From Bacilli bacterium (lineage in GTDB: Bacteria > Bacillota_I > Bacilli_A > RFN20 > CAG-826), in assembly GCA_024399115.1 (NCBI GenBank), contig JAKSHZ010000005.1:1853-65852 (forward strand): a stretch of DNA of 64,000 bases, given 5' to 3'. The notes under the pieces are model-generated. The model ran no database searches and was not told the DNA's origin. It saw only the letters and a program-made list of their open reading frames with translations. Below are positions 9,986 to 18,962 of the stretch, piece after piece; position 1 is the stretch's first letter; each line of letters begins with the position of its first letter. The position numbers were made by a program, and so were the translations under genes.

Positions 9986-11413
9986 CTACCTCATCGATTT
10001 GTACAAACCTAAATATAATGTCGCTGACTTTTTCCATGTGTTGTCAGTCTTCATAGCGTTTTGACATAATCGTCTGAATAACTTTCTATTAAACCAAGTA
10101 TCATAAGCATAAATGCTTGTGTACTTTAAATCTTCACTTGAATAATTATCAAATCCAAAACCATTACTTGTTAGTTCATTTGAGCTATCAAAGTTAATAA
10201 CTGAATCTTTTAATCCGCCTGTTCTACGAACAATTGGAAGAGTTCCGTATCTTTGTGCAATCATTTGACCTAAACCACATGGTTCGAATAAGCTTGGCAT
10301 TAAGAAGAAATCACTACTTGCATAAACTAAGTGAGCAAGTGCGTCATTATATCCAATATAAATACCGATATTATTTGGGAATCTATTACGGATATCTTGC
10401 CATTTTTGTTCTTGGTCATATTCACCACTGCCAACTAATACGACATTACATCCTCTACGAATTAATTCGTAAACTGTTGGTTCCATGATGTCAAAACCTT
10501 TTTGCCAAGTAATTCTTGAAACGATTGAATATAAAGGACGTTTATAGTCTTTTAATCCCATCATATCGAATAATTTTTTCTTATTTTCTTTCTTTGATGT
10601 GATGATGTTATTGCTTGAATATTCTTTAGCAATGTTCTTATCGCATCCAGGGTTGAATTCGTTATAGTCGATACCATTTAAGAAACCGCAGAAATCGCCT
10701 TCTCTTAATTGGAGATCGCCACTAAGTCCCATACTTCCTTCTGGAGTAAGTAGCTCGCAACGGTGTGTTGGAGAAACAGTTGTAATTTTATCTGCGTAGA
10801 AAATTCCAGCTTTTAATGTTGAGACTTGGTCTTTTAATCTTACTGAACCGTTATAAAAATAATCGTCAGTAAAATTGTATAAATCACCTAAACAGAATTG
10901 TGGTAATAAACCTTGGAATGCAGGGTTATGAATAGTCAAAACTGTTTTAGTTTTTGTAAATAATTCTTTGTTCTCGCCTTCCTTAAGCATGAATGGAATC
11001 ATACCTGTTTGCCAGTCGTGACAATGTACGATGTCTGGGTTCATAGCGAGTTTAATAATCAAAGCTTTTGCAGCATGACAGAAAGCCGCAAATCTTTCAC
11101 CATCATCGAAATCACCATAAAGGTGACCGCGAGAATAGTACTGATCACTGTTAATGAAATAGTATTTAACTCCATCACTACTAGATTCATATACGTCGAG
11201 TTTTTGATGTCTCCAAGACATTCTAATCTCTACATCTGTGCACTTTGAGAATGAGAATTTAGGATTTTTTCTTACAGTGTCATAGAAAGGAAGAATGATA
11301 GAAACATCTTCTCCCATTGAAGCTAATTCCTTACTTAAAGAATAAGTAACATCAGCGAGGCCGCCAGTTTTGCAAAATGGTCTTGCCTCACTAGCAATCA
11401 TTACAATCTTCAT
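9986..11413 (-). CDS. glgA: glycogen synthase (ADP-glucose type)
   Basis: MKIVMIASEARPFCKTGGLADV N-terminus; 475 aa. Confidence 0.9.
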   Translation of the reverse strand: MKIVMIASEARPFCKTGGLADVTYSLSKELASMGEDVSIILPFYDTVRKNPKFSFSKCTDVEIRMSWRHQKLDVYESSSDGVKYYFINSDQYYSRGHLYGDFDDGERFAAFCHAAKALIIKLAMNPDIVHCHDWQTGMIPFMLKEGENKELFTKTKTVLTIHNPAFQGLLPQFCLGDLYNFTDDYFYNGSVRLKDQVSTLKAGIFYADKITTVSPTHRCELLTPEGSMGLSGDLQLREGDFCGFLNGIDYNEFNPGCDKNIAKEYSSNNIITSKKENKKKLFDMMGLKDYKRPLYSIVSRITWQKGFDIMEPTVYELIRRGCNVVLVGSGEYDQEQKWQDIRNRFPNNIGIYIGYNDALAHLVYASSDFFLMPSLFEPCGLGQMIAQRYGTLPIVRRTGGLKDSVINFDSSNELTSNGFGFDNYSSEDLKYTSIYAYDTWFNRKLFRRLCQNAMKTDNTWKKSATLYLGLYKSMR

Positions 11414-12525
11414 TAGATAATCTCTCCAAAGTCGACAAACATCATGTCGTCTTTTTCGCCTTTTACTACTTCTGAGTTAACAATCTTTGCTTGTTTATCA
11501 GTAACTACGTTAGAAACGTGAACGCCTGCACCGATTCTTGTATTAGTAAAGAGGACACAGTTTTCAACAACAGCGCCTTTTTCAACTACAACATCACGTG
11601 AAAGGACTGAGTTTTTAACTGTTCCGTAGATTTTGCTTCCGTTAGCAATGAATGAGTTTTTAACTTCTGCTTCTTCTCCATAGAGTGCTGGAGGAGTGTT
11701 ATGAGAAATTGTGTAAACTGGCCAACCTGGAACGAATAATTTTCTACGTTTTGTGTGGTCTAATAATTCAAATGAGTACTTAACATAGCTCTTGAATGTG
11801 AGAATTGGAACGATATCGCCATCAAATTGAATTGCATTAATCTCTTTAATATTATTTTCACCAATATATCTGATCATTCTTCTGAATCCGAAGATTGAAG
11901 AAACTGTTCTAGATAATGCGACAACTTCGTCAAATGCTTTTCTATTTAAGATGAAAACTTCTAATGAAATGTCTGCTTCTTTCTTACCATCAAAGATGAA
12001 TCCACTCTTAACTAATCCGTTTTCAATAGTTAAAGCATCAGTGTTTTCGTATTCACCTCTGTCTGCATCAACGTGTTTATAAACAAGACTGATTTCTTTT
12101 CCTGACTCAATGTGCTTTTCAAGTAAAGGACGGAAATCCATTGATGCAAGGAAGAATGGAGCAGCAATGATAACGTAATCACTATCGATATCATCGACGA
12201 TTAATTTATTAGATAAGATGTTATTAATATCTGTGTTGAACTTAGGACTTGAGAATTGTTTTTCGTTATATAAAACTTTTTGGAATCCTGTTCTTGTGTT
12301 AGTAATCCAAGCTTTACCACTAGAAACGTGAGTTCTAATTGAGTTTGAATACTTATCAACTAAGATTGCGACTCTATCGATACCTGAGTTAGAGAAGTTA
12401 GAAAGAGTGAAATCCATTAATCCATATCTTCCTAAGAAAGTAACAGAACCGATTGAACGCTTTGCTGTTAATCTGCCTAATCTTGGGCAGTCATGTAAAT
12501 TACAAATACCTAAAACTGAGCTCAT
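11413..12525 (-). CDS. glgD: glucose-1-phosphate adenylyltransferase subunit GlgD (regulatory)
   Basis: Nucleotidyltransferase-like fold lacking the catalytic GGxGxRL loop, positioned between glgC and glgA as in Bacillus. Start re-picked to the ATG at 12525, 1 nt after the glgC TAA. The track start at 12537 is a TTG. Confidence 0.75.
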   Translation of the reverse strand: MSSVLGICNLHDCPRLGRLTAKRSIGSVTFLGRYGLMDFTLSNFSNSGIDRVAILVDKYSNSIRTHVSSGKAWITNTRTGFQKVLYNEKQFSSPKFNTDINNILSNKLIVDDIDSDYVIIAAPFFLASMDFRPLLEKHIESGKEISLVYKHVDADRGEYENTDALTIENGLVKSGFIFDGKKEADISLEVFILNRKAFDEVVALSRTVSSIFGFRRMIRYIGENNIKEINAIQFDGDIVPILTFKSYVKYSFELLDHTKRRKLFVPGWPVYTISHNTPPALYGEEAEVKNSFIANGSKIYGTVKNSVLSRDVVVEKGAVVENCVLFTNTRIGAGVHVSNVVTDKQAKIVNSEVVKGEKDDMMFVDFGEII

Positions 12526-12526
12526 A

Positions 12527-13654
12527 TTACTTACCAACCTTTCCAGTTAAAAGGACGACTTCACTACCGCCAACATTGATTTCTGCACCGTCTTCAATTT
12601 CAGTGTTTGGACCAATGATTGCGTTTTCGACCTTAGCGCCAATGCCAACTCTAGCGTTTTGCATGATGACACATCTATTACAAGTAGCACCAACATCAAC
12701 CATAACTTCGTTAGAGATAACGCAACTATCGACGCTACCTAAAATGATTGCGCCTTGGTTAACGATTGATCTTGAAACACTACCTTTTGTACCAATATAT
12801 GAAGGAACACTATTAGTGTCTTCTGTATAAATTCTTGAACTGCCTCTTTCGAAGATGTCTAAGTTACTTCTATTCAAAGCGACGTCCATATTTGCTTCGT
12901 GTAAGCTAGCTAAAGTTCCAACATCTCTCCAGTATCCTTTGAATCTGTAAGCTTGTAACTTTTTGCCACTATTTAAATAATTAGGAATAATATTTTTACC
13001 GAAATCGTGTTCTGAGTTTGGATCTTTTGCATCAGCAACTAAGTATTCGCGTAATGTTTTCCAACTGAAAATGTAAATACCCATTGATGCGAGATTACTC
13101 TTTGGTTGTTTTGGTTTTTCAGCGAACTCGACAATTTGATCTTTTTCATCAACACTCATGATTCCGAATCTTGATGCTTCTTTCCAATCAACTTCAATAA
13201 CTGAAATTGTTGCGTCTGCACCACTTGAAACATGTAAATCAATCATGTCGTTAAATGTAGTTTTATAAATGTGGTCACCAGAAAGAATTAAAACGTAATC
13301 TGGATTAACACTATCTAAGAAATCAATATTTTGTGTAATAGCATCAGCAGTACCTTTGTACCATTGAGCACCTTCTTCAGTTTGTCTTGGAGCTAATGAA
13401 GCTGTGTAACTTCTTGCGCCATTTAAACCCCATTTTTCACCATTGCCAATATATCTATCTAAGTCGATTGATTCATATTGGGTTAAAACACCAACAGTAT
13501 TAATTCCACTGTTAGCACAGTTACTTAAAGGGAAATCGATAATACGATATTTAGCCGCAAAACTAACTGCAGGTTTAGCGGTTTTCTTAGTTAAAGATTC
13601 AAGTCTAGTGCCTTTTCCACCAGCTAGAATCATGCCTACAACATTTCTACTCAT
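12527..13654 (-). CDS. glgC: glucose-1-phosphate adenylyltransferase GlgC
   Basis: [22 protein letters not shown]...[19 protein letters not shown]; 375 aa. Confidence 0.9.
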   Translation of the reverse strand: MSRNVVGMILAGGKGTRLESLTKKTAKPAVSFAAKYRIIDFPLSNCANSGINTVGVLTQYESIDLDRYIGNGEKWGLNGARSYTASLAPRQTEEGAQWYKGTADAITQNIDFLDSVNPDYVLILSGDHIYKTTFNDMIDLHVSSGADATISVIEVDWKEASRFGIMSVDEKDQIVEFAEKPKQPKSNLASMGIYIFSWKTLREYLVADAKDPNSEHDFGKNIIPNYLNSGKKLQAYRFKGYWRDVGTLASLHEANMDVALNRSNLDIFERGSSRIYTEDTNSVPSYIGTKGSVSRSIVNQGAIILGSVDSCVISNEVMVDVGATCNRCVIMQNARVGIGAKVENAIIGPNTEIEDGAEINVGGSEVVLLTGKVGK

Positions 13655-13663
13655 AAAACACCT

Positions 13664-13684
13664 CGCGTGTATATAATATACGCG
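13664..13684. promoter_or_regulatory. near-perfect palindrome CGCGTGTATATAATATACGCG at the glgC promoter / 5' end
   Basis: 9-10 bp arms (one G-T) centred on a TATAAT-like element 10-30 nt upstream of the glgC ATG. Candidate operator or 5' stem-loop. Confidence 0.3.
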
Positions 13685-13772
13685 TTAGGATAAGAAAAAA
13701 AGAAAAAGTAATATATTACTTATCTTTTTCCTACAAAGTTTTAAAAAGTATAAAAATATTGCATTTATTTAT

Positions 13773-13800
13773 TGAAATAAGTACGGCGGTATGTTAAGAT
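13773..13800 (+). promoter_or_regulatory. promoter for rpmB (TTGAAA-N16-TAAGAT)
   Basis: Read directly from sequence. AGGAGG SD follows at 13815-13820. Confidence 0.45.
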
Positions 13801-13828
13801 TTACAACGCTAAATAGGAGGAGAGACAA

Positions 13829-14023
13829 ATGGCAAGAGTATGTCCAGTAACAGGAAAAGGCCCATTAACAGGTAATAATAGATCCCATTCGTTAAGAGCT
13901 ACTCGTCGTAGATGGAACTGCAACCTCCAAGTTCGCACAATCATCGTAGACGGAAAACCAATGCGTGTTAAAATGTCTACACGTGCTTATAGAACTTTAA
14001 ATAAGCAATATAAAGAAAGATAA
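13829..14023 (+). CDS. rpmB: 50S ribosomal protein L28
   Basis: MARVCPVTGKGPLTGNNRSHSLRATRRRW; 64 aa. Confidence 0.95.
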   Translation: MARVCPVTGKGPLTGNNRSHSLRATRRRWNCNLQVRTIIVDGKPMRVKMSTRAYRTLNKQYKER

Positions 14024-14058
14024 GAATTATTGTTTGAGTAATCAAACGGTATGCGAAA

Positions 14059-14087
14059 CAGGAACCAAATGGTTCCTTTTTTGTTGC
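14059..14087 (+). terminator. rho-independent terminator after rpmB
   Basis: GGAACC-aaat-GGTTCC hairpin followed by TTTTTTGTTG. Confidence 0.6.
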
Positions 14088-14099
14088 TTTTTAAAAATA

Positions 14100-14120
14100 A
14101 AAAACCTCTTAGAGAGGCAA
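14100..14120 (-). terminator. rho-independent terminator for the minus-strand rpe operon
   Basis: CCTCT-tag-AGAGG hairpin with a T-run on the minus strand (AAAAA on plus). Confidence 0.45.
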
Positions 14121-14147
14121 CTATTCGGAGAATCTAGGAAAACAATT

Positions 14148-14771
14148 CTAAATCATTTTCTCAATTAATAAAATAAACGCATTTAATATAAATAAGAATA
14201 AATATAGCCATTCATAGAAAGCTAGTCTGATGAAGTCTGGCTTTTTTGTTTTACCACTTTCAATGTCAACTTGGTTTAAAAATGAGAACTTAAATAAAGG
14301 ACTGATTAACAATAATTCGATCAAAGCTTTGACAAAAAGCACTACTGCAAAAATGATATAAAGGATGTTGACCCCATCAATTTTGTACGCAAATATTGAG
14401 TGGAAACCTAAGATGATAGATTGAGTCGTAACTAAAGCTGCGTAGAGTGAGAAAAATAAGAAATGCGCTTTAAGATTTACTAGGTTAACTAGGTTCAAAA
14501 CAATGAAAAAAGCACAAATCAAAAACGAACTAATTGACGCTAATAAAATGTAGTTATTATCGAATGTAGAAGAGTAAACTGTGAAAAAGAAGATTACACT
14601 ACATATCGAAAAAATAAATGTTAAAACAAGTGAAGCTTTAATTGCATTTGATGTTTTATTTGTCTCAAAAGGAAAAGTTCTAGCAAAGCTAAATCCTTCG
14701 TTAGTTTTGAACTTAAAAAGAATGTAAAACGCAAAAGTTAAAATTGCGATTGTAAACCACATTACATGCAT
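14148..14771 (-). CDS. hypothetical polytopic membrane protein
   Basis: 207 aa, about 6 predicted TM helices. Last gene of the rpe operon. Contains a short NLVNLVNL tandem. Confidence 0.5.
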   Translation of the reverse strand: MHVMWFTIAILTFAFYILFKFKTNEGFSFARTFPFETNKTSNAIKASLVLTFIFSICSVIFFFTVYSSTFDNNYILLASISSFLICAFFIVLNLVNLVNLKAHFLFFSLYAALVTTQSIILGFHSIFAYKIDGVNILYIIFAVVLFVKALIELLLISPLFKFSFLNQVDIESGKTKKPDFIRLAFYEWLYLFLFILNAFILLIEKMI

Positions 14772-14775
14772 AAGA

Positions 14776-15435
14776 TTATTCGCTTAATTTTTTGAATCTT
14801 TCAACTGGGTTTTCGCTATTGAAAATGTATGAACCAACAACTAATACATTTGCACCTTTTTTGATGCATTTAACACTAGTTACATCGTTAATTCCACCAT
14901 CAACTTCAATAAGAAGATTGTCTAATTTATTTTCAGTTTTATATTTATTTAGTAGGTTAATCTTACTAACGGTTTTTTCAATGAATTTTTGGCCACCTTT
15001 GCCTGGTTCGACAGACATTACTAAAATAAGATCGAGTCTATTTAAGAATGGCAAAACGACCTTAATATCTGTGTCAGGTTTTACAGATAATCCTGCCTTT
15101 GCACCATAGCTATGAATCATGTCGATAATGCTTGAAACTTCAATGAAATCTTTGCATGCTTCGTAATGGAAAGTTAAATAATTAGCTCCAGCATCACAAT
15201 ATGATTTGACCATTTCTCTTGGGTTAGAAATCATAATATGGACGTCTTTAGTGACTCTAGTTTGTTTTAAAAGCGACTTAATTTCTTCAAGTGAAAATGT
15301 CTTAGCTGGAACAAACTTTCCATCCATAACGTCGAAATGAATCCATCTAGCACCATTGTTTTCAATTTCTTTAATTGCTTGAGGGATTTTAGCTTTTTCT
15401 ACTGTAAGAATACTTGGCGAAATTACTGCTTTCAT
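14776..15435 (-). CDS. rpe: ribulose-phosphate 3-epimerase
   Basis: ISPSILT...IHFDVMDGKFVP motifs; 219 aa. Confidence 0.9.
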   Translation of the reverse strand: MKAVISPSILTVEKAKIPQAIKEIENNGARWIHFDVMDGKFVPAKTFSLEEIKSLLKQTRVTKDVHIMISNPREMVKSYCDAGANYLTFHYEACKDFIEVSSIIDMIHSYGAKAGLSVKPDTDIKVVLPFLNRLDLILVMSVEPGKGGQKFIEKTVSKINLLNKYKTENKLDNLLIEVDGGINDVTSVKCIKKGANVLVVGSYIFNSENPVERFKKLSE

Positions 15436-16295
15436 TTTGAGTACCTCTGATTTTTTGGTAATAAACTATTTGATAAAATCAAATAGGTGTCATATGCTCT
15501 TTTAGGAATTAATCCAGATTCGACTTTTTCTTTGATAACGCACTTCTTCTCAGAAACATGTAAACAGTTTGAGAAGAAACACTTGTTATATTCATCAAAT
15601 CCAGGGAAGAATTGAGCAAGATCTTCCTTATATAATTCAAGTTCGAGAGAAGAGAATCCTGGAGTGTCAGCGATAAAGCCACCTTCAAATGGTAATAAGA
15701 CAACTTCTTTTGTTTCGTGTTTTCCTCTTCCAAGAGCTTTTGAATATTCTCCGATATTTCTTTTGTAATCTCCATTAATTGCGTTCAATAATGAAGACTT
15801 TCCAACGCCAGATTGTCCCATGAGACAACTGACTTTATTTTCAAAAATACATCTAACTTTATCTAATCCTTCACCTGTCTTATTGCAGACAAAGAAAGTT
15901 TTGATTCCAAGAGTCTCAAATGTATTTTCAATTTCGTCTAATTCACTTTGATTGCTACATAAATCAATCTTAGTAACAATAAGTGAAGCGCTAATTCTAT
16001 TCATCCTTGCATAGGTTAAGTACTTAAATACTAATTCGTATGAGAATTCAGGCTTTGTATAGCTTAAGATAATGACAATTTGATCGATGTTAGAAATTGG
16101 AGGTCTTTTTAAAAATGACTTACGTTCTTCTACGTTTTCAATGACCGACTCACTTACATTGAAATCGACATAGTCACCTACATATAAGCGTCCGAATTTA
16201 TTCTTTAAAGCGCCTCTCGCTTTACCTTCAAAATAACCTTCCGATGTAAGGATTTTGAAGACTCCACAACTTGAAGAAACAATCTGCCCTCTCAT
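15432..16295 (-). CDS. rsgA: ribosome small-subunit-dependent GTPase A (RsgA/CpgA)
   Basis: GQSGVGKSSLLNAI P-loop, C-terminal Zn-finger cysteines, and synteny with prkC. Confidence 0.85.
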   Translation of the reverse strand: MRGQIVSSSCGVFKILTSEGYFEGKARGALKNKFGRLYVGDYVDFNVSESVIENVEERKSFLKRPPISNIDQIVIILSYTKPEFSYELVFKYLTYARMNRISASLIVTKIDLCSNQSELDEIENTFETLGIKTFFVCNKTGEGLDKVRCIFENKVSCLMGQSGVGKSSLLNAINGDYKRNIGEYSKALGRGKHETKEVVLLPFEGGFIADTPGFSSLELELYKEDLAQFFPGFDEYNKCFFSNCLHVSEKKCVIKEKVESGLIPKRAYDTYLILSNSLLPKNQRYSK

Positions 16296-17176
16296 TATTT
16301 AGCTCCAAAAAGTCTAGCAAAGAATCCTGGTTTCTTAACCACAATTTCTTCGCCATTCTTTACCCTACATAAATCAGCATAGAACTCTTTAGCTGATGCG
16401 TATCTTTCTTTAGGATCTTTTTTGACACACTTATCAATAACCGCTTCAATACTCTTTGAAATACCTGGAATATATCTGCTAATTGATGGGAATGGTTCTT
16501 TAACATGAGCTAAAGCTGTGTCAACTTGAGAATCCTTATCATAAGGAACTTGTCCTGTTAACATTTCGTATAAAACTACTCCGCAAGAATAGATATCGCT
16601 TGCTTCAGTTGCTGGTTTTCCTAATGCGATTTCTGGAGCAATGTAATGTACACTTCCAACTACACTATTTGGTTTAGCGTTAGTTTGGATAGTCTCTACA
16701 TCTGCAATACCGAAATCTGCTAATTTAAGTAATCCATCTTTTAATATGAAGATATTTAATGGTTTAACATCTCTATGGACAATGCCTTTACCATGAGCTG
16801 CCATTAATGCTTGAGAAAGTTGAATTGTGTAATCAATTGCTTCTCCTTGAGAAAGCATTCCTCTATCGTCTAATAAATCCTTAAGAGTCTTTCCGTTAAC
16901 AAATTCACTGACGATATATGGTCTATTTTCAAAGAAATAGTAGCCGTGAACTTTGACGATGTATTGGCTTGTCAAGCAAGACATAATTGTGACTTCTTTT
17001 TTGAAGTTTTGTAAAACAATTGAATCTTCAGTTAAGTCATCTCTAAGTAATTTAATTGCAACGTCTCTCTTTTTAACGATATCGGTAGCAAGAAAAACAT
17101 CGGCAGTTCCACCATGTCCGATCTCTTTCACTAACTTATATCTAGAGTTTAATAACGTTCCAATTTCTATTGGCAT
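16295..17176 (-). CDS. prkC: Ser/Thr protein kinase, kinase domain only (PrkC-like, no TM or PASTA domains)
   Basis: Hanks-kinase motifs (GHGGTADVFLA...AIK, HRDVKPLN, DFG, APE). Only 293 aa. Confidence 0.85.
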   Translation of the reverse strand: MPIEIGTLLNSRYKLVKEIGHGGTADVFLATDIVKKRDVAIKLLRDDLTEDSIVLQNFKKEVTIMSCLTSQYIVKVHGYYFFENRPYIVSEFVNGKTLKDLLDDRGMLSQGEAIDYTIQLSQALMAAHGKGIVHRDVKPLNIFILKDGLLKLADFGIADVETIQTNAKPNSVVGSVHYIAPEIALGKPATEASDIYSCGVVLYEMLTGQVPYDKDSQVDTALAHVKEPFPSISRYIPGISKSIEAVIDKCVKKDPKERYASAKEFYADLCRVKNGEEIVVKKPGFFARLFGAK

Positions 17177-17178
17177 TA

Positions 17179-17922
17179 CTATTTACTTTCCCAAAGAACA
17201 GCAGCGATATTATCGCTACCACCATTTGCATTTGCTTGATTAATCAATTGATTAATCTTACTTGATGTACTGTCAGTACCTTTTAAAATACTTTCAAGTT
17301 CTGCAGTTGAGACATTGTTATAAAGTCCATCGCTACAAACAAGAATTGTTTCACCGCGATATTCGTATTCTTCAATATCGCTTGCTGGAATTTTATGAAT
17401 TCCAAGAGCGTTAGTTAAGATATGTCTATTTTTTGCAGTTTTGACTTCATCTTTACTAATCTTGCCCATTCTATATTCACGCATAGCTAAGCTATGGTCA
17501 GTAGTTAATTGTGTTAATGTGCCTGCTGCTAATTTATATACACGAGTGTCACCCATTTGGCCTGTTACCATAAATCCTTCTGTGATGATTGCGATTGAGA
17601 CACAAGTGCCCATGTCTTTATACATTTCATGAGTGTGAGATTCATTATATACAACTCTATTTGCTACTCTGAAACATCTTTTAATGAAACTTTTTGCATT
17701 CCATGGTTTTTTGAATTTTTTAACTTTTACAAATAATTCATCAATAGTTTCGATAGTTAAAGAAGCGGCTAAATCACCTTTATTATCGCCACCCATTCCA
17801 TCACAAACGGCTAATAAGACATCTCCACCAGCATTAACTACTGCAAGAGAACGATCTTCATTAGTTCTTCTAACTTTACCGATATCTACTTTTTCTGCGA
17901 AGTTACCTCTTAATCCACTCAT
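17179..17922 (-). CDS. prpC: PP2C-family Ser/Thr phosphatase (PrpC/Stp)
   Basis: PP2C motifs (EDRS, DGMGG, GGSDNIA). Start re-picked to the ATG at 17922, which has GGAGG 7 nt upstream and overlaps the rlmN stop (ATGA). Confidence 0.85.
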   Translation of the reverse strand: MSGLRGNFAEKVDIGKVRRTNEDRSLAVVNAGGDVLLAVCDGMGGDNKGDLAASLTIETIDELFVKVKKFKKPWNAKSFIKRCFRVANRVVYNESHTHEMYKDMGTCVSIAIITEGFMVTGQMGDTRVYKLAAGTLTQLTTDHSLAMREYRMGKISKDEVKTAKNRHILTNALGIHKIPASDIEEYEYRGETILVCSDGLYNNVSTAELESILKGTDSTSSKINQLINQANANGGSDNIAAVLWESK

Positions 17923-18962
17923 AATTGTTCCTCCACTTTTGCTTTTAATTGACCACATGCAGCGTCAATATCGCTGCCGAATTCTTTACGAATTGTAGCG
18001 TTTACGCCACCTTTGATTAACCAATCTAAGAAAGCGTGAATTCTATTTCCACTTGGTCTCTTATAAGAATTCTTATTTGTTTCGTTATAAGGAATAAGGT
18101 TTACATAACCCATAGTTCCTTTAATTAACTTAATTAATTGTTCGGCGTTTTCTTTGTTATCGTTGACATCTTGAATCAATAAATATTCATAAGTGACTCT
18201 ACGATTTGCAACGCTTTCATATTCTTTAATAGCTTCCATTAAAACTTCTAATGGGTATGCTTTATTGATTTTCATCAATTGATTTCTAAGTTCGTTTGTT
18301 GGTGCGTGTAATGAGATTGCGAGGTTAGTTTGTAATCCTTCTCTTGCGTATCTCTTAATACCTTCGATTAATCCACAAGTTGAAACTGTGATGTGACGAG
18401 CTCCGATTGCCAATCCTTTTTGATTGTTTACAATGCGGATGAAATCCATGACGTTATCGTAGTTATCGAATGGTTCACCAGTTCCCATGACAACGATATG
18501 AGTTACGTGTTGACCATTACCTTCTTCTTCAAGAATCTTATTTATAATAAGGATTTGTCCAACCATCTCTTCTGGTTCGAGGTTTCTTTGTTTGCCTAAA
18601 ATACCAGAACTACAGAATGAGCACGCCATATTACAACCGACTTGAGAAGATACACATACTGCGCATCCATAGTTATAACGCATTAAAACGCATTCGACTT
18701 TCTTACCATCCTTAAGTTCTAGAAGTAACTTAATAGTGCCATCACTACTTACTTGTTTTGTGTAGATTTTTGGTAACTCTAAACAATACTTTTCTTTAAG
18801 AACTTCTCTGAATTTTAAAGAAATATCGCTCATTTCATCAAAAGATGTTGCTTTTTTCTCGTAAATCCAAGTGTAAAGTTGAGTAGCACGAAAAGGCTTT
18901 TGGCCTTCTTCGACCATAAGTTGTTTAAGTTTTTCGATTTCTAATCCGTAAAGATTAATCAC
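17919..18962 (-). CDS. rlmN: 23S rRNA (adenine2503-C2)-methyltransferase RlmN (radical SAM)
   Basis: CNMACSFCSSG radical-SAM cluster motif; 347 aa. Confidence 0.9.
   Translation of the reverse strand: MINLYGLEIEKLKQLMVEEGQKPFRATQLYTWIYEKKATSFDEMSDISLKFREVLKEKYCLELPKIYTKQVSSDGTIKLLLELKDGKKVECVLMRYNYGCAVCVSSQVGCNMACSFCSSGILGKQRNLEPEEMVGQILIINKILEEEGNGQHVTHIVVMGTGEPFDNYDNVMDFIRIVNNQKGLAIGARHITVSTCGLIEGIKRYAREGLQTNLAISLHAPTNELRNQLMKINKAYPLEVLMEAIKEYESVANRRVTYEYLLIQDVNDNKENAEQLIKLIKGTMGYVNLIPYNETNKNSYKRPSGNRIHAFLDWLIKGGVNATIRKEFGSDIDAACGQLKAKVEEQL

Noticed and set aside
13664-13684. CcpA cre site at the glgC promoter
   Set aside because: The palindrome does not match the cre consensus (TGWAANCGNTNWCA). 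It is kept only as a generic operator candidate.
14480-14510. Tandem repeat TAGGTTAAC TAGGTTCAA (NLVNLVNL) inside the 207-aa membrane protein gene
   Set aside because: Only two copies, in-frame within a CDS. It is not a CRISPR or other repeat array.
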